Shown: one piece after another, positions 38,753 through 47,218 of the stretch
Layout: each line of letters opens with the position of its first letter
Numbering within the stretch: position 1 is the stretch's first letter
NCBI GenBank assembly: GCA_963674965.2
Contig: CAXXFL010000001.1
Span: forward strand, 96,001-160,000
Reading direction: 5' to 3'
DNA: 64,000 bases
Origin: a bacterium
GTDB taxonomy: Bacteria > RBG-13-61-14 > DATKZS01
Program-made: the position numbers and the translations under genes
The notes under the pieces: model-generated
What the model was told of the DNA's origin: nothing
The model's input: the letters and a program-made list of their open reading frames with translations, nothing else
Database searches by the model: none

Positions 38753-39414
38753 TGGGCTCGGGCGTGACGGTCACTCCCCTGGTATGTCCGGACTGTGGTA
38801 GTCCCCTGGCTGGACTTCGCTACGACAGGATTTTCAACTGCATGAACTGCCGCATGGGCTACAAGCCGGGCAAGGAGGGCAAGTGGACCCGGTACGCCCT
38901 TCGCTTCGCGGAGCCGGGCCATGCAAAGGCCAAGGTAAGCTTTTATCTGCCCCTCTGGCAACTCGGTATCGAGTCCTCAGCCAAGGCCTCGAACAAACAG
39001 CAAGAGGTGGCCATCTCCCGGATCGAGGACATGAAGAGCGTTTGGGTCACGGCCTTTACCATGGTCCGGCCCTCTTATTATGGAGACATAGGGCTCAACT
39101 ACTCGAGCGCCGGGGCCATGCCCAGGATGGTCAGGGAATGGCCCCAGGCTTCCTTTACCGCCGGCTGCGCCAGGACCTTGGAGGACGCCTCGAAATACGC
39201 CCGCCTTTTCGTGACCCTCTTTATCGACAAGCGGACCGACGTGACGGGCATGGAGATAGACGTCAAGGTCACGGGCGCGGCCCTCTGGGGCATCCCCTTC
39301 GCCGACCAGGGGAGCAAGGTCATGGACCTGGTCTCGGGCATGGAACTCCCCGCCTTCGCCATCGACGACCTGGCGGAGATAAGAAGGATCGCGAGCGCGA
39401 GAAAAGGGGACTGA
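38740..39414 (+). CDS. Zn-ribbon hypothetical protein
   Basis: CPDCG...CMNC, YLPLW; overlaps the upstream gene. Confidence 0.55.
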   Translation: MEDLMGSGVTVTPLVCPDCGSPLAGLRYDRIFNCMNCRMGYKPGKEGKWTRYALRFAEPGHAKAKVSFYLPLWQLGIESSAKASNKQQEVAISRIEDMKSVWVTAFTMVRPSYYGDIGLNYSSAGAMPRMVREWPQASFTAGCARTLEDASKYARLFVTLFIDKRTDVTGMEIDVKVTGAALWGIPFADQGSKVMDLVSGMELPAFAIDDLAEIRRIASARKGD

Positions 39415-39437
39415 GGAGGAGGACCGGACGGTCCTTC

Positions 39438-40412
39438 TTATTCGATTTCCTCCCACGACAGCGGCGCTATGCAGGCCTTTCCGCCGGGGCATCCAGCCGG
39501 GCGGGGGAAATCGGTCCAGCCGCAGGTGGTTATCCACCAGTTGCCGTCGCCGTCAAGGATATATTCCGGGGCGTGGGCCTCGATCCTTCCCACCAGCCGG
39601 GCCGTCTCGTCCGCCTGGCCGCCCTTGAAAACGCCGAAGTCCAGGGGGTCCGCCGAGTAAAAAACCACCGTGTCGAGATAGACCCCGGGGTCCTTGTCCA
39701 AGGGATAATTGGTCAGGCACACGGAAAGGTAATAGCCGCCGTCCCGGGCCATGACGAAGGGCGACTCGCAGGCGGAGTTGGCGACGTATTTGCCGTAAAC
39801 GTGGGCGGGACGAAGCGCCGTGAAGACCACGCCGGCCTTTTCCCAGTTATAGAGGTCGCGGGAGGTCCAGGCGCTGACCACGTCCTTCTTATCCACCCGG
39901 TCGGTGGCGTACATGATCCACTTGTCGTCCGCCTTCAATGCCATGGTGTCCCGGAGCCATCGGTAGCGGTCCTTGACCGCCACGCCGGCGTACTCGAACT
40001 CCCGGCCGTCGCTCGAGACGAGGTGTCTTATCTTGCCCGGACCGAAAAAGGCGTGGAGCGTGTTTCCGTCCCAAACCGCGTGGGGCGCCCATTTGACGCC
40101 CTTGTCCGGAAAGCCCTTGAACAGGGGACCCATATCTCGCATGGGCTCGGACAAGGACGGCGTGACGCCGCGGATGAAGAATTTCTCGTTCAGCCCGATC
40201 GATGGCTTCTCGCCGGTGATGCCCATGAGCGTCCAGTTTCCTTCCTTGTCCTGGTACACGCAGTGGTCGTTAATATATTTGCCCGAGACGGTGGGCTCGA
40301 GCAGGTCCATCCAGGGGCCCGCGACCAAAGGCCGGCGCGGCGTCTCGGCCGCCGCCGAAAATGAAAGAACAAGAAAACCGATCGCGATAGCCAAGCCAAT
40401 AATTCGTCTCAT
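39438..40412 (-). CDS. Secreted five-bladed beta-propeller glycoside hydrolase (GH32/43-like)
   Basis: Signal peptide; NDH, WAPH, RD, ESP and HAPE motifs. Confidence 0.7.
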   Translation of the reverse strand: MRRIIGLAIAIGFLVLSFSAAAETPRRPLVAGPWMDLLEPTVSGKYINDHCVYQDKEGNWTLMGITGEKPSIGLNEKFFIRGVTPSLSEPMRDMGPLFKGFPDKGVKWAPHAVWDGNTLHAFFGPGKIRHLVSSDGREFEYAGVAVKDRYRWLRDTMALKADDKWIMYATDRVDKKDVVSAWTSRDLYNWEKAGVVFTALRPAHVYGKYVANSACESPFVMARDGGYYLSVCLTNYPLDKDPGVYLDTVVFYSADPLDFGVFKGGQADETARLVGRIEAHAPEYILDGDGNWWITTCGWTDFPRPAGCPGGKACIAPLSWEEIE

Positions 40413-40577
40413 CCGACTTCTCCCGTTGATTGAATATTTCGAATCGATAATAGCGCGAGGGAGGGCGGACGATCAATAAAGAAAACCAAAAACCTTGCCG
40501 GACGTTTTATGAAGTGTATAATCATAAAGAGAATAACAAGGCGGGCCTTATGGCCGCGCCCGAAGGGGGAGGAAATT

Positions 40578-41597
40578 ATGAAGAGCACGGACAACGTTGG
40601 CATGGTCGCGAAAGGAAACAAGCGGGGGAAAATCTTCTCCATCACGGCGCCATTAGTGGTAATGGCCCTTGTTTGCGCCTTGGGCTTTCTCGTGATGGGA
40701 GGCGCCAAAGCCTCGGGCGACCCCGCCGATAAAGCCCCGGCTCCCGAGGCCGCCGCCGGCCAATGCCCCGCCCGGACGGCCCATGACGCGCCGACAATGC
40801 TGGCCCAGGGCGCGAACGCGGAGCAGCATAACGTTTACTCGACGGTTTACCAGTGGGCCTCCGCCTGGGAGAACAACATCTACTCCATCGATTACTACAA
40901 GTCTTACTACCATCCCTCCTTCTGGTCCAACTACAAGGCCAAGAACGGCATGAACTATAGCCAGTGGATGGCCGACAAGGCGGCGAAAGGTAAAAAGGCC
41001 GGCTGCATCCAGATTTACGTTGACGATCTAACGGTGGACGTCCAGGGCCGGATCGCCACGGCCGGCTTCAACCAGACCTACGTGTCCGACACCTATTGCG
41101 ACTCCGGCAGGAAATGGCTTTACCTGGAGAAGTTCGACAACGGCTGGAAAATAGTGGGCGAGGAGCAGCCGTCCTATCAGAAATGCGGCTCCCGCTGCAG
41201 CGCCCGGGGCAAGGATCGCCAGGAGATTCGGGTCCTGGTCAACCAATGGGCCCACGCCTGGGAGAGGAACGTCTATTCCATCGACTACTACCGAAGCTTC
41301 TACGACCCCAGCTTCTGGTCCAATTACAAGTCCAGAAGCGGCATGAACTACAGCCAGTGGATGGCGGACAAGGCGGCGAAGGGCAAGGCCGCCCGGTGCA
41401 TCTGGATTATGGTGGACAAGCTCTCGGTGGACATGTACGACGGCTGGGCCGAGGCCAGGTTCTTCCAGACCTACATCAGTAACAGTTATTGCGACACGGG
41501 CTGGAAGACGCTTTACTGGGCCAATATTGCCGGGGCCTGGAAAATAGTCGGGGAGGAGCAGTCCGGTATTACGCGTTGCTCCAGCAGGTGTAACTGA
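40578..41597 (+). CDS. Exported protein with two tandem NTF2-like (Csd6 C-terminal-like) domains
   Basis: About 125-aa internal repeat: WAxAWExNxYSIDYY...WMADKAAKGK...YCDxG...WKIVGEEQ. Confidence 0.6.
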   Translation: MKSTDNVGMVAKGNKRGKIFSITAPLVVMALVCALGFLVMGGAKASGDPADKAPAPEAAAGQCPARTAHDAPTMLAQGANAEQHNVYSTVYQWASAWENNIYSIDYYKSYYHPSFWSNYKAKNGMNYSQWMADKAAKGKKAGCIQIYVDDLTVDVQGRIATAGFNQTYVSDTYCDSGRKWLYLEKFDNGWKIVGEEQPSYQKCGSRCSARGKDRQEIRVLVNQWAHAWERNVYSIDYYRSFYDPSFWSNYKSRSGMNYSQWMADKAAKGKAARCIWIMVDKLSVDMYDGWAEARFFQTYISNSYCDTGWKTLYWANIAGAWKIVGEEQSGITRCSSRCN

Positions 41598-42502
41598 TGG
41601 TTTCAAAAATGGGAAATATGATGAGATTCAAAGCATGGCCTGGATGGCCGATACTGGTTTTCGCTTTCGCGCTTTTGCTTTGCGGGGTCTTCTCCGCGGT
41701 CGACTCCCGGGTCTTTGCCATGGAGACGGGCGGGACAAAATCCAGTCCGAGCGGCGCCGAAAAGGCTTCCGATCCGCTCCCGGCGGCGGGGGCACAAGAC
41801 GGGAAAGACTCCATAATCAAAAAGGAACTTGGCCTGAGCGTCGAGGGAAAACCCATTATGGCCTACTACTATAACAAGTCCGAAAAAAGACCGACCCTGG
41901 TCTTCTCCGGCATCCACGGCGATGAAAGGACATCGGTCGAGCTGGGCCAGATGCTGCTTAAAAGATGGAACGAGGACCCCGGGATTCTGGGCGGCAAGTA
42001 CGTGATCTATATCCCCATGGCCAACCCGGACGGGTGCGCCAACAATACTCGCCGCAACGCCAACAAGGTGGACTGCAACAGGAACTTTCCCGACGAATGG
42101 GAAAACACCAAGTCCGGCGGCTCGACCTACGGCGGTCCCCGTCCCCTTTCCGAGCCCGAGGCCAGGATATTGTACCAACTGGTCAACGAGGAGAAACCCG
42201 TCAAAATCGTGTCCATACACTCCTGCTCGAAATGCGGCGGCAAGAACAACTACGACGGACCAGCCGAGGCGCTGGCCAAGGCCATGAGCAAAAAAAACGG
42301 CTACGAACCCCTGGCCGACTGGTACGCCAAAACCCCCGGCAGTTTCGGCACCTTCGCCGGCAAAGGCAAGGGTATTCCCACCATCACCCTCGAGCTGCCC
42401 AGAAACATCGAGACGGAAAAGGAATGGGAGGGAAACATACTGGCGGTGGAGGCCGCCGTCCAATTCGAGATCGAGGAAAAAACCGGCGACCAGGCCAAGT
42501 GA
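41597..42502 (+). CDS. M14 zinc carboxypeptidase (MpaA-like murein peptide amidase)
   Basis: GIHGDE, NPDG, NRNFP, SEPE, SIHS, PGSFG, TLELP; signal peptide. Confidence 0.85.
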   Translation: MVSKMGNMMRFKAWPGWPILVFAFALLLCGVFSAVDSRVFAMETGGTKSSPSGAEKASDPLPAAGAQDGKDSIIKKELGLSVEGKPIMAYYYNKSEKRPTLVFSGIHGDERTSVELGQMLLKRWNEDPGILGGKYVIYIPMANPDGCANNTRRNANKVDCNRNFPDEWENTKSGGSTYGGPRPLSEPEARILYQLVNEEKPVKIVSIHSCSKCGGKNNYDGPAEALAKAMSKKNGYEPLADWYAKTPGSFGTFAGKGKGIPTITLELPRNIETEKEWEGNILAVEAAVQFEIEEKTGDQAK

Positions 42503-42600
42503 TTCATGGTAGCCGTCGGTGAAGTGAACATGGTTCAAGAAGCCTGATAGTCCAGGGCCGCAAGGACGATACCAAGTAAAGCCCGCTAATGATATAGGAA

Positions 42601-43239
42601 TTACTCGAACTGCGCCTTGAAGTCGTTGAACCGCTTTTTCAACTCCTCCAGTTCTTCTCTTAGATTTTTCACTTCTTCCTCGATTCTCGCCACGTCGTCG
42701 CCGGCGGAGGCGTAGGATTTGGCGGGCGTGGCCTGGGCCATCTCCTCGATATCGACGGGCCCGGACATGAGGTGGGCGTAGCGCGATTCCTTCTGGCCGG
42801 GCATGCGGGGAAGCTTGACCACCAGGCCCGCGTCCGCCAGCTCGGAAATGGACTCCTCGACCTCCTCGAGGGTCTCGAACTTGTACAGGCGCTCGGTCCT
42901 GGTCCGCAGCTCTCCCGGCGTTTGGGGGCCTCGAAGGAGAAGCACGGCGATGATGGCGCCCTCGCTTTTGAGGACGTTGGCCACGTTGGTGAAGTTCTGG
43001 CCGTACTTGGGCACCCTGTCCCCGGTCACGTCGTGGACGAGCTGCTTTTTGCGGAGGGAGGCCAGGGCGGCGAAGGCTGTTTTATCGTCGTAATTGACCA
43101 CGGGATAGCGGTTTGATTTCTGGTTGCAGGCGTTGACCAGGGAGTTTAGCGACAAAGGGTAATACTCGGGCGTGGCCATCTCCTTTTCCAGCAGGCAGCC
43201 AAGGACCCTGGCCTCGACGTCGTTAAGCTCAATATCCAT
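42601..43239 (-). CDS. yceH: YceH/DUF480 family protein
   Basis: EARVLGCLLEKEMATPEYYPLSLN...ACNQKSNR...LLLRGPQTPGELR. Confidence 0.9.
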   Translation of the reverse strand: MDIELNDVEARVLGCLLEKEMATPEYYPLSLNSLVNACNQKSNRYPVVNYDDKTAFAALASLRKKQLVHDVTGDRVPKYGQNFTNVANVLKSEGAIIAVLLLRGPQTPGELRTRTERLYKFETLEEVEESISELADAGLVVKLPRMPGQKESRYAHLMSGPVDIEEMAQATPAKSYASAGDDVARIEEEVKNLREELEELKKRFNDFKAQFE

Positions 43240-43287
43240 TGTTTCACCCCTCTCGCGTACATTATAACACAATCGAGGCCCGGTCCT

Positions 43288-44703
43288 TTAATACTGTTTC
43301 TTCATCCTCTGCGCGTGGCGTTCGTATTCCACCAGTCGGGAATAAGCGGCCGCGGCGCGCTCGGGCGTGGTGAATGCGGGGACCGACCCCTGGTGGAGCA
43401 GGTCGAGCAGGTCGTCGGTCAGGTTGAATCCCGGAAAGGACGCGGCCATTACGGCCTTGCCCGATTTCTTTCTCGCGGCCGTGAGGCCCTCGACGTAGGC
43501 CTTGTTCGAGTCGTGATCGAAGCCGCAACCGACCGACACCACCGCGTCCACCTCGGGGTCGTCCAGCAGGGCCTCGGCGCTTTTAACGTAAAGGCTTATA
43601 TCGAAGGACGACGAAAGCCCCACGTCCACCGGATTGATAAGGCTCGTGCCCGCGGCGGGCAAAAAGGACCTCAGCCGTCCGATGGTCGCGCCGCTGAGGG
43701 GAGCGAGGGTAAGGCCGCGCCGCTCGACGGCGTCGGCGGCCGACACGGCCGGGCCGCCCGGTCCCGACAGGATGGCCACGTTGCCTCTCGCGCCGGGCGG
43801 GAGCATGGTAAAGGCCAGGGCCGTATCGGTGAATTCCTCGACGTCCTTGACCGAGGTCACTCCGAACTGGCTGAACACCCCCTCCCATATCTCCCGGCTT
43901 CCGGCCATCGAGCCCGTGTGGCCGGCGGCCGCCTTTTTGCCCGCGTCGGTCATGCCCACCTTCCACATGACCACCGGCTTCTTTCGCGTGGTCCGATCGA
44001 GGGCCCGGGCCAGCCGGACGCCGTCTCCCGGGCTTTCGCAATAGACCAGCACCAGGCTCGCGTCATCATCGTCGGCCGCGGCCTCGAGAAGCTCGGGGAG
44101 GTCTATGTCCGCGCCGTTGCCGAAGCTCACGGCGTGTCTCATGAAGATGCCCTTTTTGGCGGCCGAGGTGGTAAAGAGGTTGGTAAGGGACCCGCTTTGG
44201 GAAAGGAAGGTCACGGGTCCCGGACTTTTCGGCATCCAGGGCAAAAAGGCCTGGCCGCTCACCGGCGAATAAACGCCCATGCAGTTGGGTCCCAGGAGGC
44301 GGAAGCCTCCAGCCCTCGCCTTCCGGACCAGCCTTGCCTCGTCAAGCGCACCTTGCTCGGTCCCCGATTCCCTGAAGCCCGAGGTGTACATGACCACGAC
44401 CTTGACGGACTTGGCCGCGCACTCGTCAAGAACGTCCCATACGGCGTCCTTGGGAGTCAGGACGATCGCCATGTCCACCGGGCCGGGCGCCGCCGAAAGC
44501 ATCGGGTAAGCCTTGAGCCCGTCGATCTCGGAGGCCGTCGGGTTCACCGGATAGATGGCGCCCTTGAAGCCCTGGTCGAGAAGGCCCACCAGAAACAGCT
44601 TGCCCGTCTTGAAGCCGCGGGGGACCCCGATTAAAGCTATGGACTGGGGATAGAAAAGGGCCTCGAGTCCCCCGGCGCGGTCCTCGCGAGGCTTATTCTT
44701 CAT
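43288..44703 (-). CDS. ADP-forming acyl-CoA synthetase alpha-like (CoA-binding) protein
   Basis: YPVNP, GPNCMG, SQSG, GHTGSMAG, NPVDV. Confidence 0.88.
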   Translation of the reverse strand: MKNKPREDRAGGLEALFYPQSIALIGVPRGFKTGKLFLVGLLDQGFKGAIYPVNPTASEIDGLKAYPMLSAAPGPVDMAIVLTPKDAVWDVLDECAAKSVKVVVMYTSGFRESGTEQGALDEARLVRKARAGGFRLLGPNCMGVYSPVSGQAFLPWMPKSPGPVTFLSQSGSLTNLFTTSAAKKGIFMRHAVSFGNGADIDLPELLEAAADDDDASLVLVYCESPGDGVRLARALDRTTRKKPVVMWKVGMTDAGKKAAAGHTGSMAGSREIWEGVFSQFGVTSVKDVEEFTDTALAFTMLPPGARGNVAILSGPGGPAVSAADAVERRGLTLAPLSGATIGRLRSFLPAAGTSLINPVDVGLSSSFDISLYVKSAEALLDDPEVDAVVSVGCGFDHDSNKAYVEGLTAARKKSGKAVMAASFPGFNLTDDLLDLLHQGSVPAFTTPERAAAAYSRLVEYERHAQRMKKQY

Positions 44704-47077
44704 CTTTCTTCCACGTCTTTTGTTTGGACCCGCTCATGATGGACATGCCCATCTTGGTCAGGCTCCGCTTGACCGATCCGGCCGGTTTGGGGTCGTGGAC
44801 CCAGAGGTAGTAGCCGTTGACGGAAGTTCCCCAGTCGGCGAAAGCTCCATCCAACACCAACTCGGGAGCGGAGCAATCGGGGGAAAGGACATAGTCTATC
44901 TGGCCGATGGTCACGACGGAATCGGGAGGGATCGCCACTCGCCACGATCCCAGGTCTTCTTTGCACAGCTTTGCCGTGACCACGCCTTTATATTCACGGT
45001 GAAAGTCGTTGACCACCATGATCTCGGCCTGAAGACGGTCTCCGGAGGCGTATTCCTTTTGCTCGAATTTGGCCGTGACCAAGAGAGGATTGTAGGAGTT
45101 CTTGAGCGCGTTATAGGCCAGCTTGGGCCTTAACTCGTAATCGATCACGGACCAGCAGATGGCGGGCCATGGCTCGTTCAATTGCCAGAAGGCGGTCCCC
45201 GAGGTCTTGTATTTCCTTTGTCTCCAGTTCTCGATGCCCCTTTGTAAATAATAGGCCTGCATTACCTGGCTTGCCTGGGTAAGTGAAGCAAGATTGTCTC
45301 CGCCGCTAACGGGCGCTCGGTAGACGCGATATTGTTTCTCCAATCCGGTTGCCTTGAGCGCCGAGACGTATTTCATCATCTTGTCCTTGCCCAGGCTGTG
45401 GTGGACGTGAGTTTTATTGAGCGGCCAGAGTCCGTCGTAGGATATCCAGTTTTCCAGCGTAAGAGTTGAGGGAAAAGCCTGCAGCCCAAACTCGCTGGGA
45501 AGGGGCGAGACGTCGTCCATGTAGTCCTCGAGGTTTCCCTTTTGATGCCACACCACCCAGTTGTGGGAGTCGCCCTTGTAGGGAGAGGCGGGGATGAAAC
45601 GGCGCGTGTCGTCCAGGCTCGAGGTCACGTCCTCCAATATGTCCACCACGTGCTGGTTCTGCTTGGCGTTGAACTCGTTTCCGCCGCACCACATGATAAG
45701 GGACGGATGGTTCCTGAGCTGGCGTACTATCTCCTCCGACTCTTGCCTGACCAGGTTTTTAAAGTGGTCGGTCTTGGGGTAGCCCTTCAGGTAGACGCAG
45801 GCAAAGGGGAACTCCTGCCAGACCAGGACCCCCACCCGGTCGCAGTAATCGTAAAAGGCCCGGCGCTCGCGGTTGCCGCCGCCCCAAACGCGGAGCATGT
45901 TGACGTTGGCCCCCTTGGCCATGTCGATGAGCTTTATGTACCTGTCGTCGTCCATGCGACCGTACATGGACTCGGGCGGGACCCAGTTGGCGCCGCGCAT
46001 GAACTCGCGTTTTCCGTTCACGAAAAGGACCCAGTCGGCCGAGCCCTCGGGCGCGTCCGGGTTGGGGCCCCATGAAATCTCCCGGATGCCGAAGGTCTCG
46101 GAAAGATAATCGACCTTGCCGTCCTGGCCCTTCAGGGCAACCGTGACTTGATAAAGGTCCTGGTCGCCCATGTCCCACGGCCACCAGAGACGGGGATTGG
46201 GAACGTCCATTTGAACGGTAACCACCCCGCTTGTCCCCTCCAGTTCATGCGGTCCCGATACGATTTCATCCATCTCGAAATTTTCGCCGTTAAGAGAAAC
46301 GCCCATGGTCAAGCCCGGCTCGCCCGCGGTCTCATACTCGACCTCGACCTCCACGAGGCCGTTCAGGCTGGGCTTAACGAAGACGTCCTTTATTATGGCG
46401 TCCCCCGTCTCGTAAAAATAAACGCGGTCCCAAATCCCGCAGGTCTTAAGGCGGGGCGCGAAGTCCCAGCCGAAGCTCATCTGGGTCTTCAAGTATTTGC
46501 TTCTTCCGAACTCGTTCGAGCCGAGGACCGGACCCAGCTTTTCCCAACTGGGACTGGGCACGGGAAACAATATCACTCTGATCTTTTGCACGCCCTCCGG
46601 GTCCAGGGCGTCGGTCACGTCGAATTCCATGCGCGAGAACATGCCCTCATGCCGCTCCTCGAGAACGTGGCCGTTAAGCTCGATCCGCGAGATGTAATCG
46701 ACGCCCATGAACCGCAGGCGATACCTCCTGCCCTCGGCCGGCTTGAACTCTCCCTTTGCCTCGTAGGCCCAGGTCTTCTTGCTCACCCAGTCCAGCTCGA
46801 GAGAGTTCTCGTCGCGGTACGGGTCGGGAATCCTGCCCGCGTTCATGAGGTCGGTGTAAACGTCGCCCGGGACCTTGGCCGGGATGTCTTCCCCGGCCGG
46901 CTCGAGGGTCTCCGGATCGACCTCGACCAGCATGAACTCGGTAACCTCCCAACCGCGCCGCTCCGGGGTGGGAGCGCAATCGGAACCCTTCTCGTCGGCC
47001 GAGATGGACATGAACGCGCAGACGAGGGCGATGGCGATTAGAACGCGTCTTACGGGACCGTGATGTTTTTTCTTCAT
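44693..47077 (-). CDS. Secreted GH2 glycoside hydrolase (beta-mannosidase-like)
   Basis: FGWDF, RGANWVP, RVWGGG, RNHPSLIMWCGGNE, SEFG, WQLNEPWP. Confidence 0.9.
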   Translation of the reverse strand: MKKKHHGPVRRVLIAIALVCAFMSISADEKGSDCAPTPERRGWEVTEFMLVEVDPETLEPAGEDIPAKVPGDVYTDLMNAGRIPDPYRDENSLELDWVSKKTWAYEAKGEFKPAEGRRYRLRFMGVDYISRIELNGHVLEERHEGMFSRMEFDVTDALDPEGVQKIRVILFPVPSPSWEKLGPVLGSNEFGRSKYLKTQMSFGWDFAPRLKTCGIWDRVYFYETGDAIIKDVFVKPSLNGLVEVEVEYETAGEPGLTMGVSLNGENFEMDEIVSGPHELEGTSGVVTVQMDVPNPRLWWPWDMGDQDLYQVTVALKGQDGKVDYLSETFGIREISWGPNPDAPEGSADWVLFVNGKREFMRGANWVPPESMYGRMDDDRYIKLIDMAKGANVNMLRVWGGGNRERRAFYDYCDRVGVLVWQEFPFACVYLKGYPKTDHFKNLVRQESEEIVRQLRNHPSLIMWCGGNEFNAKQNQHVVDILEDVTSSLDDTRRFIPASPYKGDSHNWVVWHQKGNLEDYMDDVSPLPSEFGLQAFPSTLTLENWISYDGLWPLNKTHVHHSLGKDKMMKYVSALKATGLEKQYRVYRAPVSGGDNLASLTQASQVMQAYYLQRGIENWRQRKYKTSGTAFWQLNEPWPAICWSVIDYELRPKLAYNALKNSYNPLLVTAKFEQKEYASGDRLQAEIMVVNDFHREYKGVVTAKLCKEDLGSWRVAIPPDSVVTIGQIDYVLSPDCSAPELVLDGAFADWGTSVNGYYLWVHDPKPAGSVKRSLTKMGMSIMSGSKQKTWKKDEE

Positions 47078-47164
47078 TTCTTTTCTCCGGCAAAGGCCTT
47101 TTGCGATCGATGGCAAAGCGCTGCTTCCTAGGGATTATTCTAATACGCCGGCGTCTCCGGATAC

Positions 47165-47200
47165 AAAAAAAGACCCGGACGAAAATCCGCCCGGGTCCTG
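47165..47200 (-). terminator. Rho-independent terminator after pnp
   Basis: Minus strand GACCCGGGCGgattttCGTCCGGGTC followed by a T run. Confidence 0.8.
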
Positions 47201-47218
47201 GTATTTTAATGGAGCGTC

